A DNA stretch of 64,000 bases from Botryllus schlosseri (GCA_051294905.1 CM119372.1:30134001-30198000); one strand, 5' to 3'; shown: positions 34,112-49,118, counted from the first letter of the stretch. Notes: generated from the letters alone by a model not told the origin. A program made the numbers and translations.

Positions 34112-37100
34112 TGTCAATGGTAGTGGGATTCATTGTGACTGTTGACGCTCGTGAAAAATAGTTGAAGATTTATAAATATGTAAAGGCAATCCAGTGAACA
34201 CTAGTATCAGTCAGATAATTTTGTTGTGTTGCAACAATATATAACTGCATATGATCAGTGTAATCTATGGTCTGTTAATCCGGGAGTTTCCTTTTAAAAG
34301 AGTTGCCGGGAGGCAGGTTTTACCGTTCGCATCGTAGGGATTCATTTTGACGAAACCGACATTTCTGTATAGGGTTTACTGTACAAAAATGTAGTAGCCT
34401 GCGCTATTTGCATTTCAATTACAGGGGATAAAGATTTTCTGCTTCATCATTATTACTATGTGTTTGATAACTCACAGTTTAATGTCTCACGGATATCCTC
34501 ACAATGATTTATGATAACTATAGAATCGGAGTTTTGCATTTTTTCTCTTGCACATCTGTATTTTTCGGAAATTTCTAGGTGGGATTCCTAGCTCAGATAT
34601 ATTTCCATGTTGCGACATAATATATATGAGTATGAGCAGGCTTATGTAATACATTGTTATATCAAGAATTTGCTTCCAAGTTCCAACAGAGGCCCTCAGA
34701 GACAGTTTGTGCCCACAGTCAAATTGATAACCACAGTAGTCCCCACGTTCGATTAAACTCTAAATCATGATCAGTCCATGGACCTTCAGAATAAACATGC
34801 ATGTCACAATGTGACATTGTCACATTATCCTAGATGTCGTTTTTGCTGGATTTACATCATCGGAATCGGCATTTTTTTATTCGGTCTCATAACTATGTAT
34901 TCGATTATATAATCTAGAGTTACGGTGTAATGCGAACACTGCATAGCACCTCGACAAGCATCCGAAAAGTTCGACATCTGCATTGTTTCGAAAAATAGCT
35001 GCGAGTTACAATGTACTATTGACGTGTTTTTTAGGTTGTAAAATTTCGTCATTATTTTCTAAATGCTTTAGAAAACCATATAATACGAATCGTCGGACGA
35101 CTCGCCGAAGAAAAATGGCGTTACAGTACAGATGGCGAATTTAGCTAATAGCTAAACCAGAGGTCTCAAACACTCGGCCTGCGGGTATTTCTGTGGCCCG
35201 CGTTAAAACTTTAGATTTTCAAGTATTGGACAATATTACAGTGATACCTGTCTTTTTAATATCATTTGAAAACATAAAATTCACTAGAAAATCGCTTCAT
35301 AAACCTGGAACTACTCCTCACACTTCACGATCGCATCATCTTCAAACACTACAATTCAATGAGCGCCAAACCTGGGTAGGCTAGATTTGTCGCGGCTTAC
35401 TACGTAGTAAAAATATTGCAGGTAGCCTATTCGTCATACCCGCTATTTCGTCTTCAGCGCAACACCGATGGCCAATTGTGCGATTCGAAAAAGAATGATC
35501 ACTATACATTTCACACAACGGGACTGATGCGTATGTAAGCTGATCAATTTAACTATTTAGTGATCAAACGAATATATAGGAGACTCCAGAGGATAAAACG
35601 TGACCTTGCTGAACATGTCGATTTGGAGATGTGCCGAGCGGATCGACAAATTCTCTGGTCCGACTCCGATCCTGTTTTTCAATTCTCTGGTCCGGCTCCG
35701 ACCCGGCTGCGGCCGTATCAGGAAAAGTACTGATCCAGCTCCGATATGGCTCCGGCCAAAAAAGAAAAAGTTCGGACTGATATCCAATCCGGCTCCGGTC
35801 CATGCTCCGCATTGATTTGGAGGAGCACACGCCGCGGGACACCGTCTCCTCTTTGAATTAGACGAGCAAATGAACGATCTTCAGTGACAGTTTTTTTAAT
35901 CGTAGCGCGAAATTGAACATTGTGTTATTTTGCAAGCCAACGAATTGAAATTTAGTCCAGACCATGATCGTTTACTTCAGTAATGACTTGTGAACGTAAA
36001 AAGGGAGATATATAAAAGCAGGCCATGATGCCACCATAGTCCGTATACCATTGCCGTGACGCGAGCTACTCAATGCGTTGTTCGGACCCCTCGTGGTGGA
36101 TATAAGAATTACAATAGGAGATTGAATGCGCGCTTTCCAGTTAGTAATCATCCGTTAGTTTTTTATATTCATTCTTGTCTGCATGAGACACTGGTAATAT
36201 TGAATTATTGCGCAATATCACTTCTGAGCAAGTCGCTCGATTTGTTACTGACACAGTGTATTGTGCGCTTGTACAGTGCGCGGCGTTGAATTAAGTTTTC
36301 AAATACTTATGTAACACCTGATTCTCAGTGACACAAATTCTGTGTTCATTCGATTCGCTTGAAGGGAAACCTTCTCTGTTCTAGTCTTGATCGACACCGC
36401 GTGGACTGGCAACGAGATCACCAATATCGAATTTCAAACGGTTGGTTATGTGGTAGAAAGCGAATTTCTAATTAAAAGGTCACAACATGCGCTCCAGCAC
36501 TCGTATTGCTCTTGCTGCAGTTACTCTTGAATAATCGCACCTCATTAAATTCGACAGTATGACTTGATATTAACGAGTGCAGTGCCGCTATTAAAATGTC
36601 ATATCAATGTTTTAATGCTGTATGCAGCAATAGCATGGAGTGAAATGCGTTCTCTTGACGTCATTGACAGACGACACGGATTAATTATCACGTCCCGAGA
36701 CTTCGCATACACACACAAAATTACGGCTCTGTGCGACTGCTGCAACCGTTGTTATACCGACTACTACTCACTGGCTCTATTCAATAGTTTTCGGGACCGG
36801 AGCTGGAGCCAGAGCAGTAGTATCAATGAGCTTTGGATGTGGAGCCGGGGCTAATTTATGATAGATGAGAGCTCCAGGGCTGGAGCTGGAGCAGTTTAAA
36901 ATTTACGACTGCTCCAAAGCCCTGTTTTAAACAAATGCCAGACAAATATGATTTTAAGTTTAAGATTTTAAAATATTGTCATGATTTTCTAAATGCGTTC
37001 GAAACCATATATTATATATAATACGAATCTTCAGACGATTTACACCAGAACAAGGGATTTCAATCTTTTTTGGTCGTGGTTAATTTTCCGTTTGAAAATA

Positions 37101-39675
37101 TTCTGTGGGCCACCTCTTAGACCGGAGCAGTGGTTTTTAACCATGTCACCAGCGCCACCCTGGGAATGATCTGGATTTTAAAGGGGACGAAAACATTCAG
37201 GACAATATGGGGCGCTGCAGGGTTACGGGGGCGCCGAAGAAAAATGGTGTAGCAGTACAGGTGGCGTAGTAGTTGTTACAGGGATTCAATGTTTTATAGT
37301 TCTACATATGCTACATATGCTATTCTGAGATATCGTTGCAAAATTGCAAAATTCTGTCAGCCACGTTCAAACGTAACGAAGGTTGTCATCCTCAAGTGAT
37401 TTTATGCGCTCAATAATGTGATGTTTATTTCCTTCGGCATCATGTTTTTAACACGATGTGTGTGGTGTAGTAATTTGTCAGGCTTATATTGATTGCATTG
37501 AGACCTTTCTATAGTTCGTAAATGATTTAATATTTGTTTGTTTCTGCATTATGTGATGTTGTACCACGAGACACATCAATTACGAAGATGCATTAAACAC
37601 ATTTATAGATATAAAAGATAGCGACCTTGTCTGAAATGTATATTTATTATGATGAAGCAATGGCCACTTATATACGTAAAATACCATCTAAAATAAATTC
37701 ATTTGTTTCATTGCTGTGCATTAGCGGATTTGTGCACGATATACAAAACTCGGAACTTAGGCAACACTTGTATTTAAGAAATATTTTCATGTGGTAAAAT
37801 GACTAAGAGGCAGCCGTCGTCCACGCATGGTCAACTGAATTACATTAAGCAAGAACTGTTTCACTTTCGTCCATTCTATATACAGGTGATCTTGCGCCAG
37901 GACCGGATTTGTTAAATTAGGAATAATGTATATTTGAAATATGTCAATGTGATAATTTATCTGATATCGCTGGTGCATTATAAATGAGTGGATGGTATCG
38001 CATTTAGCTGCAGCTATAGGCCTACATCTCTATAGCGTCGAGGTCACTCGCTATAGCTTATTACTTATTTGCGAAATTTATGGCACGGCATCATTCTTCA
38101 CTGTTGCACTTTGTCGACACACCCTCCGTTTCAGTTCCATTTCTTTATATAGTAATTAAACATGGAAAATGTGATACGTCACCCATAAGTTTACCCTAAC
38201 CATACCTTTAAAAACAAAAACGAAAACAAAATGAGCTCGACCAGCAATAGTTTACGCGTAATAGCTACGTGATCACTCTGCATGAAAAACAATCAATGAA
38301 GTAATGTTATCATCAGCAAAAATTTTACCCAGTGCTTCTGGGTATACTGATTAAACTACGTGATGGAGCTGCTGACGTACTGCCGCTATTCTAGTGCAAG
38401 TGGGGGTATCGATCATGTTTCAAATGATTAAGCCCAAATGGAAGAATTGCGAGGCTCTGTAAAAACACTGATTGTTTTTTCTTTAAATCATTAATCAAGC
38501 ATGTTTGAAGATGGTGTGTTGTAAAACGTGATTTATTTGCAATGTAACCTTACTCACGGAAATGTGATTGCTCCACTCATGCAGATAAAGTCGAATCTGT
38601 CGACAAGTCCCTCCTGTCGTGGAAAGCGATTGTCCGCATTAGAGTTTCCCGTAAAGATCAAGATGCAAAATTTTCTACTTCAAGAACTTCGCTTCCACGG
38701 GTTTGAATTGAGCCAAATTTATTCTGCATCATTTGTTGAGGAAAAATAACAATTTCATGGGGTACCCAGTGAAATTTCAAAAAATCTATACGCTATTTCA
38801 ATCATATCGCTTTTACGGGATGAAATTAGGCCAAGTTTATGATGCAGCATTTTCATGAAACTTAAAACTTTCATTGCGCACCATGTAAAATTTGAAAAAT
38901 CGGTAAGTTATCGGTATAATTGGTGATTTTATTATTCTGGTTGTGCCTCCTACGTCAGAAATCCGACTTGACTTAACTTCGGTCACCCTGAAAAATCGTG
39001 TGACTTGACTTGACCCGAGTAAAATGTGCAAAGACTGGATATGATTTACCCCTCGAAAAATAGTGACATGTTCCCAACACCGTAAACCGGGATTGGAAGG
39101 ACTCGTGTAATGACGTAACTCAAGCCAGACTCGAGTTTTCTCACGACTTTTTTCACGCGACTTGATTTGAATTGACTGGGCGTTTCAGAAATGTGGATTG
39201 ATTCTACGGGATAATTTTACGCCAAGAATATAGATGCCTCGCATCACCATCAGACTGACATAAATCTGTCACTACATGGAAAACTAGACCAAGCACGTAA
39301 AGTGGCTGAACCAAGTCATTTTATTGATTATTATTCACCATCGGAATAACGTAATAAGTCACGCAAAATCCTAAGGAATCTGTTTAATTCGAAACTATAT
39401 ACGAGTTTCGTCTAGGTTTTGTGTTATTTTTTCATTTCGCACTGCCACGATAATGCAGCGAGTGATAAAAAGTTAAACCTCTTAATTATCAAGGCCTCCA
39501 TACAGAGTATTCGTGTGAACTCATGTTCGCATCACCGCTAGTAGGTATGATGCCGATTTTGAGAAGCTCGGTTGCTGTATCCTTATTGAGGTAATCCTTT
39601 TCAGATATTACCATTTTATTAAAAAAGCAAATCTTGGAAAATGACTGTGATCATATAGAAAATCTTCCTAATAAT

Positions 39676-39948
39676 GTCTTTGTTGTATTCATAGTGTTTT
39701 GTCGACTACTATGGTCATTTACACCAGGCCGATATTCTTTATTTTTAATCCGTAGCTGCCGATTTATAGCACGGCCCACTTCTAGGCTTTTATAAGAGAC
39801 CGCTTACACGAATGAGATGGCGAGGAGGAGCCTAAATGAACATCCACCACTTAGGTATAGGAATTCTGGAGTCGACCTCGGTCGGACTCAAACCCACAAT
39901 CCATTGGTGTTGCAGCTGGAGATTTTACCACTACGCTATCTCTCCACT
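39676..39948 (-). mobile_element. tRNA-derived SINE (same family as 56401-56679)
   Basis: Colinear reverse-complement match over head, body and tail. Confidence 0.8.
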
Positions 39949-40546
39949 CCGCACGAGGAAATGGGTCGGCCAAGACCGACATTTCATTGTAATTTCGAAT
40001 AATAGTAAAGTAACGACACTATTGGGATTTCGTCTATTGGTAGTGGTACTTGAAAATGCGACCACGGTCAACACAATGACTTGGACTCAGACTCGAGTCA
40101 TAATACCATGACTCGAACACGACCCGCAACTCGCTGACTTGGACTAGGACTTGACTCGGTGGTGAATTGAAAATGAGTCGACTTGACTCGAGTCAAAACT
40201 ATAAAAGTGAGATTGACTTGTGACTCGGAGCCTAGTGACTTGGTTAAAACCCTGCTATAGACGCCAGACACTACCGTGTTTGGAGTTGGATATTAGTAGT
40301 GAACAAGATACGATGGAAATTCTGGATTATATTTTAATATCATATCTGCAGCAGGATTTGAATTTTTAACCATTTAATCAGCTTATCTATGTATGGTCTA
40401 TATGTCCACAATTATTAACTTCTTACGGTGGTCACAGAATTTGTGGAAACTTGTCATTTATTGCTCCCAATTATTTAATATTAACTTATGTATTAATCCC
40501 GGTTGCTATTTTAAATGTATCAGTTACTCACTACTAACCTTACACG

Positions 40547-40950
40547 TAGGGTTGCATTTAAAACAAACGGGGTTTTAAAACACTTTGTTTAAAATATGTT
40601 GTAACCAGTGTTTTAAAAAATGCCTTTTTAAAAACAAAATTGTGTTTTTTTAAGATGTGAAATTATGCCATAATTTTGTAAATACTTTACAAAAAACATG
40701 TTGTATAAGGCTACGAACAATTACCATCCTGTGTAGCCGACGTGTATCGATATGGGATTGTTGGAACACGCAAAATAGTCGGTTCAACAGCAATAGTACA
40801 TATATTTCGTCAAATGAGCTATTTTTTCCCTATGTTTTCAATTTTTCAATGGCTTTAAAAACATAACAAACAATAAAAAAATGTTTTAAATTAGGGCCTT
40901 GTTTTACACATGTTTGTTTTAAATTGATTTTCGTTTAGAATGCAACACTA
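40547..40950. mobile_element. MITE (TAGGGTTGCATT termini); relatives at 55198-55554 and ~58360-58896
   Basis: TIRs present; eroded TSD CTTACACG / TTTACTCG; empty site near 584-591. Confidence 0.78.
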
Positions 40951-41008
40951 TTTACTCGTCGCGCACCAAACCGTGTGCGATGATAATCACCACTTCTTTT
41001 TTCATCTA

Positions 41009-41886
41009 TAATGATTACGGCGATTATTTTGACATATCAAAATGAGTCAACATTTCGTCAAAATCCTTGTGTTAGGTCAAAAAATTGTCAAAATTGTTTA
41101 CAAACTCAAAATTACTTTGCAACCTGCATTTTGTTTGTATCGCAGATGCATGCACTGTCGATGAACCATAGCCTATGCAAAGGCTATGGACGAGCTTATC
41201 ATTTGACATTTTACAGCTTGTAGTCTACTTTATAGCACTACCATTGTAGACGGCCCATTGTCTGCCTATTGTGAATTATAAACGGTCAAATAAAACATGG
41301 TGTTATGCTCAACCTCCCGGAATATCCTAACTGAACATGGACTGCGTGGGCATTGATTCTTTTATCAAGAAGCGCATGATGAAAAATTGTAATGAAGACA
41401 ACATTGTCACAATGAAGCAACACGGTGTGTCACCAGCAGTGTACACACAACTTCAGTGCTGCCAGCCGACAACTGCTGCTGTTGAACGTTCTTACTCCAT
41501 TCTTGGTAAGCTGCTTAGTAAGGACATGCAATTTCTTCCCGAGAAGGTAGGAAGCTATCTTTCGTAGGACTATAACAAATTTCTACCATAATGCGTGATG
41601 TAGCTACTGGAATCCTTCATAGGTCCAGGTTTCGTAAACATATATTTCTTTCACGTAAAACTTGTCAGCTTTTAAATCAAAAAAGTTCTTTTTCAGTCCA
41701 ACTGATTCGTAAGAACAGACATTTTTAACTAGAAATAAAGAAAAGTAATGTAATTCTAACGTTATGTGGGAAAACACCTAATTTACATAGATGAGGTCAA
41801 AATTAAGTTTTTTAAGGTAAAAACTGTCAAAATGTTGATTTTTAAGTCAAATGTTCCGTTTTCAGGTCAAAAACGTCCTACTATTA
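41009..41886 (+). mobile_element. Decayed hAT-like element with transposase C-terminal remnant
   Basis: CCQPTTAAVERSYSILGKLL resembles the hAT dimerisation motif (S..ER.FS); absent from the copy A 3' flank. Confidence 0.7.
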
Positions 41887-42067
41887 ACATATTTATTGTT
41901 AATCATAGTATCAACTCTCACGGATCGTCTCAAAATGCCTCGAAACGCTACACTTAACACTGTACTAATCTCCCTAACCACCTCCTACAGGCCCTCCAGT
42001 TCCATAAGAGAATTAACTATATCGGGGCGCTTCTCTTTATTACTGAAAGGCACTATCGGTTTGCAGA

Positions 42068-42229
42068 TTACCACGGGTTCCTGTCGAAGCAGTGACCATG
42101 CACGAATTCAAGCCTCATGGACATGTGATGGTGCCACGATTGAGGATAAATTCGAATGTATCGAGTGGAAAGTACCGTCGGAAAGCGATTGTAGACTTTC
42201 GTCTCCATGTCAGAATTCCCTGTGTAGAT
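42068..42229 (-). CDS. Copy C exon 5
   Basis: IYTGNSDMETKVYNRFPTVLSTRYIRIYPQSWHHHMSMRLEFVHGHCFDRNPW*. Confidence 0.92.
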   Translation of the reverse strand: MYTGNSDMETKVYNRFPTVLSTRYIRIYPQSWHHHMSMRLEFVHGHCFDRNPW

Positions 42230-45200
42230 CTGAAAATTGAAAATAAAATTAGCAATAACATTCATTGTCTAGATTAGTACTTGTCAAACTTTGCTAGGAT
42301 AGTGGATCCTTCAGTTTTTACCTAAAAATAGGCACATTCGAGTACTTGCACATAGTCATTGAAACTATTCGTATTTCGGCCTATAGCCTACAGAGACAAT
42401 GTTACATCTATAATGTGCTGCGAATCGGATTGATGGATTTCCTCAGGTATTTGTACAAAGCAATCTTGCAACTTTGTTTTGCAAATCCCTATTATAAGGG
42501 TGCATGAATATCTTCAATCAATATTCGATTTTGAATGAGCCATTGTCACATCACGCATTACACGGTCTGTGCTTCAAATTGTTACGTGATACGTTTCCGA
42601 ATCACTAAGTCGTAAAACAAGTCAATCAGTGTCTGTGATTACTATGAGTCAGCATCACGCATAAAGGATGAACGGCATGTCAAAAAAGCCGAAAGCTGAA
42701 TTTCAAAAAAGGTTTGGACCAATAAATATTTGTTTACTGGAGTTAGGGGTAGACATGTCTCATTGATGGTTAGTGGCAAGCAACAAAACAAAGCTGGCTA
42801 CTCTTACCACGTCGCTTACGGAAATGAACACACTTGCGCTCCAAAGCAGTACAAGTGTCGAGTGAGCCATAAAGAAAATAATATCCACCGTGACAACTAG
42901 CAAATTCAAAGTTTTATTTTTCGCAATTTTGGTATCTGGTTCCCGAAATGTCAATAACAAATATTCCTGCCTATTTGTTACCAGTGTACATATACATCCA
43001 CGCGCGGCACGGCTGAATAACTCATGGATAGGTACTATCTAATTTCAGGTAGCATAATTTCGCTACTTCGATTGGATAGAGATATAAATCGTTTCGAAAG
43101 ACCTATAGCACGTTCCTGTAGTCTTGATAGATAGGGGTTTAGGAGCTCATCATTGCCTAAATGCTATCACGGCCAGACTCCCACATGTAGGCGACCGATA
43201 GTAGGTTTACGTCACGGTGCTGACCATTTTTAGTAATCAGCATGCCAAATTTAGAGGTGGCTCACTAGACATTTTTAAATCCTAATTTGGGTCGCAACCA
43301 TGAAAAGCTTGGGGCCATTTCACTCATGTCACAGGGGCGCTTCGTAATTGGTACACGAAGATTTCCGACGATTTTTTCATTCTATTGATTGAATCTTTTA
43401 TTTTATGTCAATGCAGTTATTTCCAGGGATTGTGTGAACTTGAGGTTCACGTTCGCGTGTTGTGTGTGAAACTACGAAGTTTAATGGTTCGTGTTCATAA
43501 ACGAGCCTTGTTAGGTTCAGATCTGAACTTTTTTAAGTATTTTAAATTTTCACGCCATTATAACTTCTTTGCGTGTCTACGTCCGACAAGTCTCTTCTTG
43601 GCGCTGGCAGCATGAAATGAAATTCAGCATTACATGAGCATGCACCTTACCAATTTGCAAAATTATTTGCTCGAGAGTTCGCTCGGAATATCAGCTTTAC
43701 GTTTGTGAATCTTTTGATACTCTCAGGTATAGGAGCTTTACCAGCCATCACAACACAGCAAGACTGAAACACACTACATGTATAGGAATTCGGCGAATTT
43801 TGCTTAGTCAACCAACCTATTACATCAACGACATTGTTATAAAGAATGCATCCAAGTCTAAAAAAGTCGATCATTCGGGATCCATCTTGAATTGACAAAG
43901 TTATTGTATCATAAAAACCAAATCCCTTCGATCGGGGTGTTAGATACCGTCTTGTGAATCTCGCCTCCGCATGGGAGTGTGAGCAAGGGTTCTCGGATTT
44001 GATGACTATTGACTTTTTATGATACTGGACATGATCTCTGATGTTAGTTAGAGAAAAATCGAGCTCATTATGTCAGATCCCCATTCCATCGACTGATATA
44101 TACCTTATCGGAGCCGCCGACTTGAATCATTGCCAGACTGTTTTCTGTCATACCATACGCCACTTTGTATTGGCGCACCCACTGATCGGTAGACGTTGGA
44201 CGCCCTTGCGTGATCACTCCTGCCACCTTTTTCACCGTTCCGAAGTCAACTTGTATCCATTCGCCGACTCTGTCTGTTTAATAGAAAAGATGCACTTGAC
44301 TCACCAACCCCGAAATCATTTTTTCATTAGGAATCAGACATTAAATTTAAAATAAGTATCAATTTCCACGCGACTTCTGAGTATTTCCAGTCATTAGTGG
44401 ATTCGGACTTGGATTTGGCCATGATTCTGATGAATCAAATATATCACAATGCGGTATTCTTTTCTGGGGTTCTGCCAGCAAGAATAAAATCGAGCTACTC
44501 CAAAAATTCAACATCAGACTCTCCGTATCATTGCCAAGGCCCCAAGGAGGCCTGGATATGAAACTTTCAAATGGCTACTCTGCAGAAACGATTTGGAGTT
44601 CTAGACATAGAAGAGATGAGGAAGCGAGATATCGTCACATTTATGTATCAGATCCATTGTGGTCACTATCCAACCAATTTCAACGACTACTTTCTCTCAG
44701 AATCAAATGCTCACAAGTACATCACGCGCGCGTCCTCAACAAACAGCTACCACGTGATCACGATGGAATACAAGAAAACGAATCGCTCTCTCAAGTACGC
44801 CGGAACAGCAGCTCCTCGGCTATCTGACAGTCGCGAAGCAGGTGGAACAGCAGCTCCTCGGCTATATGACAGTCGCGAAGCATGTCCACTTCAAGTCAAA
44901 ATACAGGCAACGTCTGCTGAAGGAAACTAGTTAGTCCTCCTGATTACAGGACCTCGAACTCACATATCAACCTCGCCCATCCGCACATGTGTGATTCATT
45001 TTCATCACTTATCGTTTCATGTTATCCCTGATCTCTTTCCATCCAGTATAATGACTCTTATATACATCGCCTAGGACCAGTAGGGTGTTTGATTTAACGA
45101 CTTAGCCAAGTCGTTTCGACAACATCCTATTTTTCACTGTATCTCAGTCTTGTGATGTTTTGAAATTATGAAAATATTACTGGGCTGACACCGATACTGG

Positions 45201-48200
45201 ATTGTTTATTTATATCTGAATTTTTAAAGAAATTATGTAGGCCTATCTGCTGTGGTTACCTAATCAATCATTGCCATTTCCTGACGGACTCTTCGATCTT
45301 ATTTGAAAAAAAATGCTTTCGTAATAGCACTTTTACCGATATTTCAGGCCGATTATAGATGCGCAGGATCAGGACTTTTGGATTGCAACAGGAACGGAAT
45401 ACGCCATTTTTTGTTGTTGTTCGAATCCGGTTTCGCATTTATTGCGAACAAGATTATGAATTTCGATTACTTGCTTGGTATATCTTTATTGCAGTTTAAT
45501 TGCAATGCGGCATGAACTTTCAATACCTCATATCTTAGCAATTACTATTCAGGTCTTTTTGGATACCGATCAAATAATGTAGATCAGTGGTTCCTAACAT
45601 GGGCGATATCGTCCCCAGTGGGCGATTTCGAGAAACAAGGGGGTGGAAATACCGAACATCTTAGATCGTTCAGTGCGATATATTTAATTAACACGACAAT
45701 TGAAATGCACGCGAAGACGGCTTATTCACATACGACGCAAAATAATGCCAACTCGACTAAAAGTATAGACGCGGAATCTGGTTTTCCAAGCATCTACTCG
45801 AAAAAATGACCATTTCTTAGTCAATTCACAATCGATCAGAGTTAGACATAGATTTATTGTCTATATGTCTTTTTTCGGATCCGTAAATATGGGAATAGGG
45901 AATAAAGTTTGGAGCGAGCTTGATAAGGGGGCGAGGAGTAGAAAAAGGTTGGGAGCCAGTGACTTATATGCTACCGAGTTTGCATAGAATCCCGAAGATG
46001 TGTTATCGCTGTATTATTTGAAAATATTCCCGGAGGTAGCGAACTTCAATATAACAATATAACCAAACCCGAATATATTTTCGGATAATACTTGACAGGG
46101 GTAGACCTGATAACCAGCGACCAATGGAGTTTTGTATATCTAAAATCGTATCATCGAAGACGCCACTAGCAAAAAAAAATATAATAATCGAGGTGAACAG
46201 ATGGCTTAAGCCCGGGGTTCTCAAAGGGTGGGCCATGGCCCACTGGTGGGCCACAGGAGCATTTGAGGTGGGCCACAGAGCTATTTGGAAAATTTAAGAA
46301 TTAATTTAGGTTTAGTTTAGTTATATCTGTTATATTAATCTCTAAAAATATATTCATATTATCTAATTATACGTAGGGTACGTAAAGCTGTTCATCCGAC
46401 TCTGATGAGGCGTAGTGGCACGTATGGAGTCAGCATGTACAAGTTGAAAACGGTAGGGAGAAACGGCAGCTTTTTCCACTGGCTATGACAACCTACGGTT
46501 AACAGCCACTAAAATAATTTCGAGTATATAATAACTGTAAATGCTGAAGTAACAGAGTATTCCGGCAGGGTCATAGGCCGTATGCCGTTGAAAGGGGTGT
46601 TCAATAAACTCGGAATGAATTGTAATTGAGGTAGGCTATAGCTATATACTGTACTTAAGCAAGTCTTATTATTGTAAGATAAAAATAGCCATTATTACAA
46701 ATTATTAGCAACTTCTGATGGAGGTATCTGCACCACCGCAACGAATCGTAATGGACTGAGGATCTAGCGGAGTGCATTAATCTCTGGAGTCGGTTTAAAA
46801 TGTCCGCCCCGGAAATCATCGTACTTAACGTAAGAGTCACATGAATTGATTGTATCATTGGATTGAATATTCTGACATCGCAACTTCCGTTGGTTTGGTG
46901 CAAGACATACAATTAGCATTGTACAGCATGCATATTAAATAAATCTTTCTACACTTCTCTGTAGTACCTGATTGACCAATGAATCTTTTGAGGCTGACCC
47001 AAAATGATTATACTATTACCCACAATAGTGGAACTAAAATCCAAATCACACAGCGGATGCGTGGATTTAATCATTGTGTTTCGCGACGCGAATGGAGCAG
47101 CGGGCGATGATATTATACACAGAGTTTTAGCCTATGATCTACCAGGGCCGGAACTGCTGCACCCAAACCCCAATTGCGGGAGCTCGAAGGGGCCCAAGAT
47201 TATTTCGTTGGTTGTTTGTTGGAGGATATTTATAATACATGAAAATTTTTGTCGCGCTTTGCGCGATTTCATTGGCCGAAAGGTCCAAATATCAACAGTC
47301 AATTAAGAGAAAAATGTGCGTATTTTAGATAAATAGGCCTATCGGAGCGGTCTATTATCACGCATTGAACAGGATTATGAGTCCAAGATTAGTGGTGGGC
47401 CACAGCACATTTTCAAACATGAGAATGGGCCACGGCCTAGAACGGGCTGAGAACCCCTGGCTTAAGCTTAGAAGCGATCACCTTATGTTGTCACAGACTA
47501 GATTGTCACATTTTCATGAAAGTTTGCAGCAAGGCACATAAATGACAGAATGAACTTGAGAAATGGTGCCTAATGCCTTGTGCGCTGTTGTCATTCAAGT
47601 GAAACGGCAGGTATACATGAGCATTTAGCAACGTGTTAGAAGCTCAGCAACGGCTGTTGACATGTAGGGGTAACGAAAGTATGTTTTATCTAGGGTAGGC
47701 AATAAGCCTGGTTTCAAGATGTGGCTAACTGTTACAATTTAGGGTTACCATAAGTCCCCTTTTAAGAGGATTTTCCCTCTTTTTTGACTTTTTGGAAAGT
47801 GTCCTCGGTGGACGCCCAAATGTCCTCTTTTTCAAGATTGTGTCGTCTTTTATGAGAATTTTGGTTAAATATAGGGTGAAATTCGACTGAGATACAGTAA
47901 ATCAGCAGTGAAGTATCGCCCCGGCGGCTATTTCGGGAGCCGAGCCGGAAAGTTGACCTTTTTTTCAGTCAACCTACGGAGAATTGAATAAAAGTGTGAA
48001 TTTCAGGAGCCGAGTCGGAAACATGACTCTCTTTCGGATTTTGCTACAATATTGTAAGTCTAAAAATTTTGAAAAAGTGTGCTTTTCAGATTTCCAATAT
48101 ATGGTAACCCTATGCAAGGTCACCTCATGATCACTATCATACGCTCTGAACTCATATTATTTTGTTATCTAGATCTCATTTTTCGACGACTTACTGTTTT

Positions 48201-49118
48201 ATCCTACAAAAATACCGAACATACGGTGTCCACTACTACGTTCGGTGAACAGTTTCCAATATTGCTATGGTAGCTATCACCTGCGTGATCATTCGATAAC
48301 GGCCTATTAAATTTAAGATTATGCGTTGTGGATTATCATGCGGCTTATGCTATATTTGGCAAGCGACTACCGAATTAGAAACGGTAAAGTTAACCTACTG
48401 TGCTTGGACGACCATGAACCGGTGCTGTGCTCCGAAATTTGATTATCCAGGCGTGCTTGGTAATGCTCGTGGAGAGGACCCCAAAAGCTTGAAGTGGTGA
48501 CTGCAGAGTTTGGAATCAGTCCCGATTTCATCCCAATGTAACACACTGCAATGGTATTCGTCTAATTTAATACGACAAAAAACGCAAACTGTCGTAACTT
48601 ACGTTCGAACGTCCCGATCAAACTTTGTACACCTGTAAAACATCGACATCGATTAATTGATGACTTGAAATTAGCTCGTAACTTTTGCTCCTAGTCACGA
48701 GTCAAGTCGCATTACCGAAACGCCGAGTCATGTCAAGTCACACAAAAAAGGTGACTCGAGTCATCCTAACATTGTCACACAATCAAACCATACTGGTGGT
48801 ATCTGTGTTTGAACATTGCTGAATTGAAACTGAAAGCGATTAAAGCCGGAAATACGAGGTCGCACTTATCTTCCTTTCATAAATTTTCTCATTGCTTTCA
48901 CGAGTGGATTCAAACACAACTTTACAGCGTCAATGCAGGGCTACGCAAGACTTTGAGGTCGGGTTAATTGTTCCGAAGCACCGATAAACGTTTATTTAGT
49001 ACATACTTTGGTCGACCATCATTTGGCACTTTGCCCCGATCGCATCATCCACAGGGCACGAGCTGGCTCTTGCACATGCACAAGTCACAATCACGACAAG
49101 TAACACTTTCATATTCAT
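42068..49118 (-). CDS. Copy C: secreted single F5/8 type C (discoidin) domain protein, 5 exons, 206 aa
   Basis: Exons 49118-49007, 48632-48603, 48545-48399, 44273-44104, 42229-42068; open frame. MNMKVLLVVIVTCACARASSCPVDDAIGAKCQMMVDQSVQSLIGTFELCYIGMKSG...WHHHMSMRLEFVHGHCFDRNPW*. AATAAA on minus strand at 42036-42041. Confidence 0.9.
44104..44273 (-). CDS. Copy C exon 4
   Basis: RVGEWIQVDFGTVKKVAGVITQGRPTSTDQWVRQYKVAYGMTENSLAMIQVGGSDK. Confidence 0.92.
44370..45140 (+). mobile_element. 3' fragment of an L2/Crack-like LINE in copy C intron 3
   Basis: FMYQIHCGHYPTNFNDYF..HKYITR..SLKYAG resembles the ORF2 C-terminus of CR1-group LINEs; terminal hairpin at ~45080-45130. Confidence 0.72.
46212..47459. 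mobile_element. hAT-type element specific to copy C
   Basis: Termini CCGGGGTTCTCA / TGAGAACCCCTG; TSD GCTTAAGC; empty site in copy B at ~29349. Confidence 0.88.
48399..48545 (-). CDS. Copy C exon 3
   Basis: CYIGMKSGLIPNSAVTTSSFWGPLHEHYQARLDNQISEHSTGSWSSKH. Confidence 0.9.
48603..48632 (-). CDS. Copy C exon 2
   Basis: 30 nt, VQSLIGTFE, ttttacAG acceptor and GTAAGT donor. Confidence 0.8.
49007..49118 (-). CDS. Copy C exon 1
   Basis: ATG at 49118, hydrophobic N-terminus, GTATGT donor. Confidence 0.85.
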
